This document shows, piece after piece, positions 9,244 to 17,196 of a stretch of 58,684 nt of DNA. Source of the stretch: Eubacteriales bacterium. Lineage in GTDB: Bacteria; Bacillota; Clostridia; Oscillospirales; CAG-272. The DNA lies in assembly GCA_045656325.1 (NCBI GenBank), contig JAZOQX010000074.1:1-58684 (forward strand), read 5' to 3'. The first letter of the stretch is position 1, and every line of letters begins with the position of its first letter. The notes below the pieces were generated by a model, which saw nothing but the letters and a program-made list of their open reading frames with translations, did no database searches and was not told the DNA's origin. Made by a program: the position numbers and the translations under genes.

Positions 9244-11403
9244 ATGAAAAAAAGCAACCTGAAAATTATTATCTTCTATTTTGTTCTGATTATGGCGATC
9301 ATTATGGCGCTGTCCTTTATGTTCAGTCAAGATACGACCGAAACGGTTCAGTACAGCGACGTGCTGAATTATTTCGAGGAAGATGCCGTAAAGAGTTTCG
9401 TAATCAGCGATTCGAACTATATCGAGCTGACCGTATACACCGAAAGGGATGCCTCGGGGGCGGTGATCCCCGATGCCGCCAAGGTCAAGACCGTGGGCTA
9501 TCAGCTCCAGAGCCTTGGACTTTTCGTGGAGGATTGCGGCCGCTATTATGCGGGAAGCGATCTGATTCCCGCCAACAGCAATTTGGAATCCTTTGACATT
9601 CAGCCCGAAAAGGAAACGCCCCTGTGGCTCGCTTTCCTTCCTTATATTATCGTGATCGTCATCTTCATCATCCTCTTCGTCGTGATCACCAAGCAGGCAT
9701 CGGGCGGCAAGGGTGCCGCAGGCAAGATGATGAACTTCGGCAAAGCCCGTGTCAAGACCGCCGACGCGTCCAAGGATAAGGTCCTGTTCCGCGACGTGGC
9801 GGGAGCGGACGAGGAAAAAGAAGAGCTGGAGGAGGTCGTGGAATTTCTCAAGGCTCCTCAAAAATTCTCCAAGCTCGGCGCAAAGATCCCCCACGGTGTT
9901 CTTCTCGTGGGCCCTCCCGGTACGGGTAAGACCCTTCTTGCCAAGGCAGTGGCGGGAGAAGCGGGCGTTCCCTTCTTCTCGATTTCCGGCTCGGATTTCG
10001 TGGAAATGTACGTGGGCGTAGGCGCGTCCCGTGTCCGCGACCTCTTTGAGAACGCGAGAAAGCACCCCGCCTCCATCATCTTTATCGATGAGATCGACGC
10101 GGTGGGCCGTCACAGAGGAGCAGGCTTGGGCGGCGGACACGACGAGCGCGAGCAGACCCTGAACCAGCTTTTGGTGGAAATGGACGGATTTGGCTCTCAC
10201 GAGGGCATTATCGTCATCGCGGCAACCAACCGACCCGACATTCTCGATCCCGCTCTGCTCCGTCCCGGACGCTTTGACCGTCAGGTCACGGTCAACTATC
10301 CCGATATCAAGGGCAGAGAGGAAATCCTCAAGGTCCATGCGAAGAATAAGCCCATGGAGGACTCCGTGGATCTGGCGCAGGTGGCAAAGACCACCGCAGG
10401 ATTTACAGGCGCGGATCTTGCCAACCTGTTAAACGAGGCATCGCTTTTGGCGGCTCGCCGCGGAAAGACCCTCGTAGGTATGGAAGACATTGAGGACGCC
10501 TTTATCAAGGTGATCGCGGGTCCCAAGAAGAAAACCCGTGTTCGCAAGGAGGAGGAGCTTCGCAAGACCGCCATTCACGAGGCGGGTCACGCCATCATTG
10601 CTCATATCCTTCCCCATTTGGATCCCGTTCAACAGATCTCTATTATTCCCAGCGGAAAGGCCTTGGGATATACCCTCAATCCTCCCACCGAGGATAAATA
10701 CAGCGTCTACAAGAGCGAGCTCAAGGAGCAGATCGCCATGCTGCTGGGCGGCAGAGCCGCAGAGGAGCTGGTATTCGGCGACGTATCGGGCGGCGCCTCC
10801 AACGACATTGAGCGCGCCACGGATCTTGCCAAGAAGATGGTTACCCGTCTGGGCATGAGCAGCGTGCTTGGTCCCCGCGCCTTTGGTACGGGACAGGGCG
10901 AGGTATTCCTTGGAAAGGAATTTACCAGCTCTCAGGACTATTCCGACGAGACGGCAGCCAAGATCGACGGCGAGATCCACGCCATCATCAGCGAGGCTTA
11001 CAGCCGCGCCAAGGAGATCCTCTCCGAGCATATGGAAAAGATGCGGTTCGTTGCCGAGTTCCTCATGAAGAACGAGATCATGGACGGCGAGCAGTTTGCC
11101 GCAGCCATGGACGGCGAGCCTACCTTTGAGGAACTGGAGGAGATGACCGAGGCGAAGAAGCGAAAGAGCCGCGAGGAAAACGAGGAACGCCGCCGCGCCG
11201 AGCGCATTGCCGAGCGGAAGCGTCAGGAGGAAGAGGAGGAAGCAAGACTCAACGAGGAAGCCCCCACTCTTCGGGAGGATCCCATAGAGGAGGCAGAGGA
11301 AGAAACCGCTGCCCCCGAGCAAATAGAAGAAACGGTGGAAGAAGCCGAGGAGGAAGCCCCCGCAGAGGAGGAGCCGTCCGAGGACGAAAACACCGAGGAA
11401 TAA
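9244..11403 (+). CDS. ftsH: ATP-dependent zinc metalloprotease FtsH with a long charged C-terminal tail
   Basis: Two TM segments, AAA Walker [17 protein letters not shown] region, and Zn motif HEAGHA. The last ~92 aa are rich in E, K and R. Confidence 0.95.
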   Translation: MKKSNLKIIIFYFVLIMAIIMALSFMFSQDTTETVQYSDVLNYFEEDAVKSFVISDSNYIELTVYTERDASGAVIPDAAKVKTVGYQLQSLGLFVEDCGRYYAGSDLIPANSNLESFDIQPEKETPLWLAFLPYIIVIVIFIILFVVITKQASGGKGAAGKMMNFGKARVKTADASKDKVLFRDVAGADEEKEELEEVVEFLKAPQKFSKLGAKIPHGVLLVGPPGTGKTLLAKAVAGEAGVPFFSISGSDFVEMYVGVGASRVRDLFENARKHPASIIFIDEIDAVGRHRGAGLGGGHDEREQTLNQLLVEMDGFGSHEGIIVIAATNRPDILDPALLRPGRFDRQVTVNYPDIKGREEILKVHAKNKPMEDSVDLAQVAKTTAGFTGADLANLLNEASLLAARRGKTLVGMEDIEDAFIKVIAGPKKKTRVRKEEELRKTAIHEAGHAIIAHILPHLDPVQQISIIPSGKALGYTLNPPTEDKYSVYKSELKEQIAMLLGGRAAEELVFGDVSGGASNDIERATDLAKKMVTRLGMSSVLGPRAFGTGQGEVFLGKEFTSSQDYSDETAAKIDGEIHAIISEAYSRAKEILSEHMEKMRFVAEFLMKNEIMDGEQFAAAMDGEPTFEELEEMTEAKKRKSREENEERRRAERIAERKRQEEEEEARLNEEAPTLREDPIEEAEEETAAPEQIEETVEEAEEEAPAEEEPSEDENTEE

Positions 11404-11503
11404 TCCGCCGCCTGCGGAAGCTGTCCAAGCGCCGCAAATGCTTCTCTGCCTTTTGCCTTCCCCGCTGGCGAAGACTTGCGTGTGCGGTTTCCATAAAACA
11501 ATC

Positions 11504-11540
11504 AAAAGCCCCCGCTCTCTCAAGAAGAGCGGGGGTTTTT
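11504..11540. terminator. Bidirectional intrinsic terminator between ftsH and the convergent lipoprotein gene
   Basis: AAAAGCCCCCGCTCT - loop - AGAGCGGGGGTTTTT; A-run on one side and T-run on the other. Confidence 0.8.
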
Positions 11541-11560
11541 GTCGCAATCGCGTTTTTGTT

Positions 11561-13576
11561 TTATTTGTAGCAATCGTAGATCTGCTGCAAGAAGTTACCA
11601 AGCTTGCTCGCAGCCGCGTCGTAGGTAGACTCGATATCCTTCGTGGGATCCGCGATCAGGTTACGAGGCAGGTAAGTATAATCCGACATATTCAGGATGT
11701 AACCGAACTGCATCGTAGCATCAAAGCTGGGATGCTCCATAATCTTATTAACCATTTTGGCAGTCGCGAGATCCTGAGAGTAACGACCCTTCAAAATTAC
11801 CTCGTAGTACTGGTAGTACAACGTCTCGGAGCTCTCCGCGCAAAGCGCGTCGGTAATGTGCGCCGTGAAGACACGCTCGGTGCTCTTCAAGGAAGTGGGA
11901 AGTCCCCAAATGGTGTAACGGTCGTTCAGCTTGGTACGGTAAACCTCCTGAGAGAGATTATATTTGGGCGTGGGAACGATTCCCAAATTGGACATACCGG
12001 TGATGCCTTCCGCCCCGTATACGTTCTTGAACGAAGAAATGATAAATCCTGCCTCTCCGTTTAAAAACTTCGCCTCTGCATCGACAGCATAAGCATAATT
12101 GCTTCCGTACGCGCACATTGCGTTATCACTGTCGTGGAAAAAATCGCGAAGCTTATTGATGATCGTTGCGTTGGTGGAATCGGTCATGAAGGTAGCGGTA
12201 ATGGTGTCATTCTCCTCCTTTAAGAAGCTACAGTTAAAGGATTCAAACCAAGCGTCCATCGAATTTCCGGTTCTTGCGTAAAATCCAAACACGTCCGACG
12301 CATCCTTTCCCGGCTCACCCTCGTCTTCATAAATCTGTGAAACCAAAGTCTTGAACTTTCCAAAGGTCCAGCTTCCCTTCTCCACGTAGCCGTAAAGCTC
12401 TTCTCTGCTCACGTCGCAGTACTCGTCCAGCAGATCGAGGTTCACGAACATTGCCATAGAAGACTGAAGCTTGGATACGCCAAGGTCGCCCGTCAAGGAA
12501 AGAAGCTTTCCGTTGTAGGTAACCTCATCGTTCAGCATCTTGTCCCAACGCTTGGAATTGGAAAGATCCAAATATTTGGTTCCGTTTTCATCGGTTAGGC
12601 TTCCCAACGCGTTCCAATCCTGGAAGCATCCGTTGATGATAAACTCGCCGACTCTGTACGCGTAATGTCCGTAGATATTGTGCGTGGACATGCCGTTCTT
12701 AATTGCGGGAGATGCATCCGCATAGTAAGAATCGGTGTTCCAGTTCTGATGTACGATCTTTACGTTGAAGGTATCCTGAACCTTCTTCTTCCAACGGTAG
12801 ATAGCATCCCGCTCGAGGTCTGCCGTGATCTTATCGGGATCAAACTGATAGGAATGCTCGGAGTTGGGAAGAGAGATACTGAACTGCTTACCTTCGTAGT
12901 CAGCCTGAGGAAGCTTCTTCAGAATGTCCAGATCGACGTATACTTCTTCCAAATCCGGATCCTCTTCCTCGGGCATATCCAAAACAAACTCTCTGCCGTC
13001 GGTCATTTTAATGACCAACTGACCTTGCTCGTTAAAGGTGATGGACTCAATGGTGGCGCCGGTTTCACCTTGGTCGCCCTTGTCACCCTTATCGCCCTTT
13101 TCGCCTTGGATACCCTGTTCTCCCTGAGTTCCCTCGGCTTTTATGTTGGTGTTGGTATCTCCAATCCACCAATATCCGTCCTTAATGTAGGGGGTCTTTC
13201 CATCCGTGCCGTCTTTTCCGTCCGCGCCATTCTGCACGATCTTGCCCAGATTGATGATGCTCCCGTCCGTAAGAGCGATCAATAAAGTCCCCTCTACCAC
13301 TGTGACTTCCTTGATTCCCACACCGTCCTTGCCAGGGTCACCCTTAACCAGCGCCTTGAATTCCTCAAGGCTTCCCTCGTAGCCGAGAGACACCGCTTTG
13401 GCGTACACCGCTTCGGTAGCGCTCGTAGGAAGCTGCGTCACGTTGCTTTGTTCGTCTTGGACTTCCTCCTCGTTTGGGGCATTTGTCTTTTCGTCCTCCG
13501 TTTGGCAAGAGACCAACGCGCACGCAAGCATTGCCAAGCACAAAAGAATCGCCAGCGCCTTTTTCATGATTGTCAT
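11561..13576 (-). CDS. Lipoprotein with collagen-like Gly-X-Y repeats fused to a large extracellular solute-binding-protein-like domain
   Basis: The start is set at ATG 13576 (GGAGGA RBS 8 nt upstream), giving MTIMKKALAILLCLAMLACALVSC (lipobox). Gly-X-Y runs are present (GTQGEQGIQGEKGDKGDKGDQGETG). The C-terminal ~480 aa resemble large sugar-type SBPs. No permease or ATPase genes are adjacent. Confidence 0.75.
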   Translation of the reverse strand: MTIMKKALAILLCLAMLACALVSCQTEDEKTNAPNEEEVQDEQSNVTQLPTSATEAVYAKAVSLGYEGSLEEFKALVKGDPGKDGVGIKEVTVVEGTLLIALTDGSIINLGKIVQNGADGKDGTDGKTPYIKDGYWWIGDTNTNIKAEGTQGEQGIQGEKGDKGDKGDQGETGATIESITFNEQGQLVIKMTDGREFVLDMPEEEDPDLEEVYVDLDILKKLPQADYEGKQFSISLPNSEHSYQFDPDKITADLERDAIYRWKKKVQDTFNVKIVHQNWNTDSYYADASPAIKNGMSTHNIYGHYAYRVGEFIINGCFQDWNALGSLTDENGTKYLDLSNSKRWDKMLNDEVTYNGKLLSLTGDLGVSKLQSSMAMFVNLDLLDEYCDVSREELYGYVEKGSWTFGKFKTLVSQIYEDEGEPGKDASDVFGFYARTGNSMDAWFESFNCSFLKEENDTITATFMTDSTNATIINKLRDFFHDSDNAMCAYGSNYAYAVDAEAKFLNGEAGFIISSFKNVYGAEGITGMSNLGIVPTPKYNLSQEVYRTKLNDRYTIWGLPTSLKSTERVFTAHITDALCAESSETLYYQYYEVILKGRYSQDLATAKMVNKIMEHPSFDATMQFGYILNMSDYTYLPRNLIADPTKDIESTYDAAASKLGNFLQQIYDCYK
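13055..13342 (-). repeat. Collagen-like triplet-repeat coding region (three Gly-X-Y runs of 3, 4 and 9 triplets)
   Basis: Translation contains GDPGKDGVG, GADGKDGTDGKT and GTQGEQGIQGEKGDKGDKGDQGETGAT. Confidence 0.8.
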
Positions 13577-13637
13577 AGAACATTCCTCCTTTTTGTCCTT
13601 CACTATAAGAAGTCGTATTTTTTCCTTTTTTGTCTCA

Positions 13638-13673
13638 CAAAAAACAAAAAAGTGCGCAGCCGAAGCTACGCAC
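13638..13673 (-). terminator. Intrinsic terminator/attenuator in the leader of the collagen-like lipoprotein gene
   Basis: Minus strand reads GUGCGUAGC-UUCG-GCUGCGCAC followed by UUUUUUGUUUUUU. It lies 60 nt upstream of the ATG. Confidence 0.75.
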
Positions 13674-13813
13674 GAAAAACGCATAGCTCCCATTGCTGCC
13701 ACACAAGTGTTTCGGTACGATCAGGGAAGGTACGCAAAACAAGAGTATGCGTTTTTACCGAGGGTAAAAATAAGCATACCTATCCCATTACCGTTTTATT
13801 CACTTGTGTGGCA
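13638..13813 (-). ncRNA. Candidate structured RNA of ~175 nt (cis-regulatory leader or small RNA): a 117-nt rod-like hairpin plus a terminator
   Basis: A 13-bp perfect closing helix (13813-13801 with 13709-13697) encloses nested helices and an apical hairpin. The predicted TSS falls on the first base of the helix. A UUCG-capped terminator follows. I recognised no known family signature. Confidence 0.45.
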
Positions 13814-13818
13814 ATTTC

Positions 13819-13847
13819 ATTGTAGCACAAAACAAGAGGTTTGTCAA
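13819..13847 (-). promoter_or_regulatory. Sigma-A promoter driving the structured RNA/leader
   Basis: Minus strand reads TTGACA, a 17-nt spacer, then TGcTACAAT (extended -10). Confidence 0.65.
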
Positions 13848-13854
13848 TAAGTTT

Positions 13855-13888
13855 CAAAAAAGCGGGAGGATCTCGTCCTCCCGCTTTT
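13855..13888 (-). terminator. recG intrinsic terminator
   Basis: GCGGGAGGA-tctcg-TCCTCCCGC, followed on the minus strand by UUUUUU. It lies 10 nt after the recG stop. Confidence 0.8.
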
Positions 13889-13896
13889 GCTTAAAT

Positions 13897-16026
13897 TCAA
13901 TTGATGGTTCCCTGCTCGGGTTGAAACATGGCGTTGACCGACTCCGCAAGGATCGGATGCTCCGAAAGACTAGGGTCGGCTTCAATCAAGGCTCTTGCCT
14001 CGCCCATGGCCTTCTTCATCAGTCCCGTGTCGTCGCAAAGCGCTGCTAGACGGAAACGTACTCCGCCGCTTTGACGGAAGCCCTGCTCCCCGCCGCTACG
14101 CAAAAAGTCTCCCGGACCGCGCATCTCCAAATCCCGCTCGGCAATGGAATAGCCGTCATAGCAGTTCTTCATCACCGACAGACGGTTATGCGCCTCGTTC
14201 TCCTCCGTTGCCGCCTCCGACACCAGAACGCAATAGGATTTTCGCCTGCCCCGTCCTACTCTTCCCCGAAGCTGGTGTAGCTGAGAAAGTCCGAATCGGT
14301 CGGCGTTCTCTACGATCATCAAGCAGGCGTTGGGTACGTTGACCCCCACCTCGATCACGGTGGTGGATACCAGCACGTCGATCTCGCCCGAAGAAAAGTC
14401 CCGCATGACCGCGTCCTTTTCGGCGGTCTTCATTTTTCCGTGAACCACCGCCACCCGCAGAGCGGGCAGAGCGGTTGCCAGCTCCTCGGCGTATCCTACC
14501 GCCGATTTTAACGGCGCGCTTCGGCGGACCCGTCCCTCTCCGTCAATATCCGAAAGAGAGAGGTCGGCTTCCTCGTCCTCCCCGTTTTCTTCGATGGAGG
14601 GACAAACCACGTAGACCTGTCCCCCCTCCTCGGTCTGCTTCAAAATAAAATTACGGAGTCGATCGCGGTAGCTCTCGTCCACCACAAAGGTGTCCACCCG
14701 TTGTCTGCCCGCGGGCATCTCGTCCAAGAGCGACACGTCCAGATCTCCGTACAGCGACAGCGCAAGGGTTCTCGGGATCGGGGTCGCGCTCATAACCAGC
14801 ATATGGGAATGACGGTTTTTCTCCGCCAAGGCTGCCCGCTGATTCACGCCGAAGCGGTGCTGCTCATCGGCGACCACCACCCCCGGCGCGGCAAGCTCCA
14901 CGCCATCGGACAGAAGCGCCTGCGTTCCTACCACAAGCGAAATCCGCTCGGCGGGATCGGCGGCGGAAAGCCCCTTATGGATCCTTTTCTTTTCCGATGC
15001 GCTCAGGGAGCCGCAAAGCAATGCGGGTTGAATCCCCATGGGCAAAAACAACTCGCAAAGGTCCGCGTAATGCTGACGCGCCAGAATCTCGGTGGGCGCC
15101 ATCAGCACGGCCTGTCTTCCGTTTTGCAGAGCGATCCACATAGCAATGGCAGCGCACACGGTTTTTCCGCTTCCCACGTCTCCGATGAGGATACGGTTCA
15201 TTGCCTGCCCTCTTTCCATATCGGCGCGGATCTGCTCGGCAACCCGCTTTTGCGCCCCCGTCAGCGCATAGGGGAGACGGTCGCAAAGGCTTTTATACTC
15301 TCCATGAGGACAGGGCTCTGCCTCGATGATCTCTCTTTGCTTTGCGGTTACGGACAAGCCGAGCGAGAAAAGGAAAAATTCCTCGAAGATCAATCGCTTC
15401 TTTGCCGCCGCCAGCGCGGAAAAGCTCTCGGGGGCATGAATGTTACGAATGGCAAAGGAGCGCAGGCAAAGCCCGTGACGGCGGCGAAGCTCGGCGGGAA
15501 GCATATCCTCCTCCCCCTTGACCGACATCAGCGTCAGCGCCGATCTCATATCCTTCGCCAGCTGCTTTTGGGAAAGTCCCTCGGTCAACGGATACACGGG
15601 GACCAAGGGCGGAAGCTCGCTCTCCTCTCTCCATGGCTCATAGGCGGGAGAGGTCATGGCGTATCGGTTATTTTTCCGCTCGACCCGTCCGTAAAAGCGG
15701 AAGGTCGCGCCCAAGGTAAATACGTTTTTCAAAAAATCCTGATTAAAGAAGGTGATTTCGCACACACCGCTATCGTCATAGGCGCGGAATTTGAGCAAGG
15801 ACATTCTTCCCTTCACTCTCGCGCTTCTCGGCTCGGTGGCGACGGTCAGAAGATGGGCGCTCTTACCCACGCCGTCTGTCTCGCTCAGAAGACGGATATT
15901 CCCTCGGTCCTCGTATCCCCTCGGATAATGGACCAAAAGATCCTCTACGGTACGGATCCCCAGCTTTCCGTATGCCTTGGCTCTCGCCTCGCCTACGCCG
16001 TAGAGCTTTTTGATATCGGTGCTCAT
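13897..16026 (-). CDS. recG: ATP-dependent DNA helicase RecG
   Basis: Wedge/OB N-terminus, helicase motif I GDVGSGKT, and motif II DEQHRFG. The start is set at ATG 16026 (MSTDIKKLYGVG) with a GGAGGTGG RBS. Confidence 0.92.
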   Translation of the reverse strand: MSTDIKKLYGVGEARAKAYGKLGIRTVEDLLVHYPRGYEDRGNIRLLSETDGVGKSAHLLTVATEPRSARVKGRMSLLKFRAYDDSGVCEITFFNQDFLKNVFTLGATFRFYGRVERKNNRYAMTSPAYEPWREESELPPLVPVYPLTEGLSQKQLAKDMRSALTLMSVKGEEDMLPAELRRRHGLCLRSFAIRNIHAPESFSALAAAKKRLIFEEFFLFSLGLSVTAKQREIIEAEPCPHGEYKSLCDRLPYALTGAQKRVAEQIRADMERGQAMNRILIGDVGSGKTVCAAIAMWIALQNGRQAVLMAPTEILARQHYADLCELFLPMGIQPALLCGSLSASEKKRIHKGLSAADPAERISLVVGTQALLSDGVELAAPGVVVADEQHRFGVNQRAALAEKNRHSHMLVMSATPIPRTLALSLYGDLDVSLLDEMPAGRQRVDTFVVDESYRDRLRNFILKQTEEGGQVYVVCPSIEENGEDEEADLSLSDIDGEGRVRRSAPLKSAVGYAEELATALPALRVAVVHGKMKTAEKDAVMRDFSSGEIDVLVSTTVIEVGVNVPNACLMIVENADRFGLSQLHQLRGRVGRGRRKSYCVLVSEAATEENEAHNRLSVMKNCYDGYSIAERDLEMRGPGDFLRSGGEQGFRQSGGVRFRLAALCDDTGLMKKAMGEARALIEADPSLSEHPILAESVNAMFQPEQGTIN

Positions 16027-16056
16027 CCTGCCACCTCCCTTCTTTTTTCTTCCTTT

Positions 16057-16086
16057 ATTATACAACCATCGGTGTCATTCTGTCAA
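16057..16086 (-). promoter_or_regulatory. Putative recG promoter
   Basis: Minus strand reads TTGACA, an 18-nt spacer, then TATAAT. Confidence 0.5.
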
Positions 16087-16156
16087 GCATACGGCAACGC
16101 TTTCTCGGATTTTCCTCCTCTTTCCCAAAAAAAATGCCCAAAAACGGTTTTTCTTA

Positions 16157-16185
16157 TTGACAACGGAGCATTTCTGCGATATAAT
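16157..16185 (+). promoter_or_regulatory. Sigma-A promoter for the LRR lipoprotein gene
   Basis: TTGACA, a 17-nt spacer, then TATAAT (perfect consensus). Confidence 0.65.
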
Positions 16186-16216
16186 AATATGGAATTAGAA
16201 TACATGGAGGTATCTC

Positions 16217-17110
16217 ATGAAAAAGCTTCTTGCCATCATTCTCGTCGCCCTGCTTGTTCTCAGCTTTGCAGCGTGCGGAGAGGAAGAAGAAACAGATAAC
16301 AACGATTTGGGAAACGCCGTACAGGAGGAGATGACCCTCAAGGCAAACGCGGAAAACACCGCCGCTTGCTCCGTCGTTTACGGCGTAAACGAGGAGGGTA
16401 CCTACGAGATCACGGGAATCATCTACGACGGCGTGTCCCCTTTGCATATTAAGATCTCCGCAGAAGAGCTTGCTACGCTGGACCGTGACATTACGGGCAT
16501 TGCCAGCGAGGCATTCAAGTCCTGCAAAAATCTGGTTTCCATTGAGATCCCCGACACGGTTACTTATATCGGGAAAGCCGCGTTCTACGATTGCGAAAAG
16601 CTTGTGTCCGTAGTGCTTCCCAAGACCGTTACGGTGGTGGAAAACAACGCCTTTGAAAAGTGCGTTTCCCTGACCTCCTTTACCGCAAATCAGGGTGAGA
16701 TCGAGGTAAACGGAGAGCAGGTCATGAGCGGTCTTGCAACCATTGAGGCTTACGCCTTCAAGGATTGCGCGGCTCTGACTGCCGTTTCCCTTCCCACCAC
16801 TCTCAAGACCGTTTCGGACGGCGCGTTCATGAACTGCAAGGCTCTTGCCGAGCTTACCCTTCCCGATTCGGTAAAGACCATCGGAAGCGGTGCGTTTCTC
16901 AACTGCGATGCCCTGACTAAGCTGATCGCGCTAGGCAACCCCGAAAAGATCGCTGATCCCGAGAATCCCGACAGAGATTATCTCTTCTCCTCGGGCATGA
17001 GCGTCACCATGGTGGTGACCGAGGACTCCTCTTTGGAGAAATACGCCGTAGCCAACGGCATCGATTACCTGCTCGATGGCGCGGAGGATCCCTACTACGA
17101 GGACGTTTGA
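16217..17110 (+). CDS. BspA-type leucine-rich-repeat surface lipoprotein
   Basis: Signal plus lipobox LLVLSFAAC. Repeated units of ~23 aa of the form AFxxCxxLxSVxLPxTVxxIxxxAF. Confidence 0.8.
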   Translation: MKKLLAIILVALLVLSFAACGEEEETDNNDLGNAVQEEMTLKANAENTAACSVVYGVNEEGTYEITGIIYDGVSPLHIKISAEELATLDRDITGIASEAFKSCKNLVSIEIPDTVTYIGKAAFYDCEKLVSVVLPKTVTVVENNAFEKCVSLTSFTANQGEIEVNGEQVMSGLATIEAYAFKDCAALTAVSLPTTLKTVSDGAFMNCKALAELTLPDSVKTIGSGAFLNCDALTKLIALGNPEKIADPENPDRDYLFSSGMSVTMVVTEDSSLEKYAVANGIDYLLDGAEDPYYEDV

Positions 17111-17122
17111 GTTTAAAAATGA

Positions 17123-17158
17123 AAAGGAGCTGTTTTCAAAGCAGCTCCTTTCTTTATT
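17123..17158. terminator. Hairpin terminator between the convergent LRR and GH36 genes
   Basis: AAAGGAGCTG-loop-CAGCTCCTTT, flanked by an A-rich tract 5' and a T-rich tract 3'. Confidence 0.7.
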
Positions 17159-17159
17159 C

Positions 17160-17193
17160 GATATGCACCCCGTCCCGGGGTGCATATCTTTTT
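17160..17193 (+). terminator. Second hairpin terminator
   Basis: GATATGCACCCC-gtccc-GGGGTGCATATC followed by TTTTT. Confidence 0.65.
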
Positions 17194-17196
17194 CGT

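Noticed and set aside
13577-13702. Upstream extension of the collagen-like lipoprotein ORF (start at 13702)
   Set aside because: It would run through the intrinsic terminator and has no RBS. ATG 13576 has GGAGGA 8 nt upstream and yields a proper lipoprotein signal peptide.
13697-13813. Identifying the rod-like RNA as 6S RNA, SRP (4.5S) RNA or a T-box
   Set aside because: The rod is too short for 6S and lacks a large central bubble. It has no SRP domain IV GGAA/GNAR apical motif, no T-box sequence (GGUGGUACC-type) and no specifier architecture. I therefore left it unassigned rather than naming a family.
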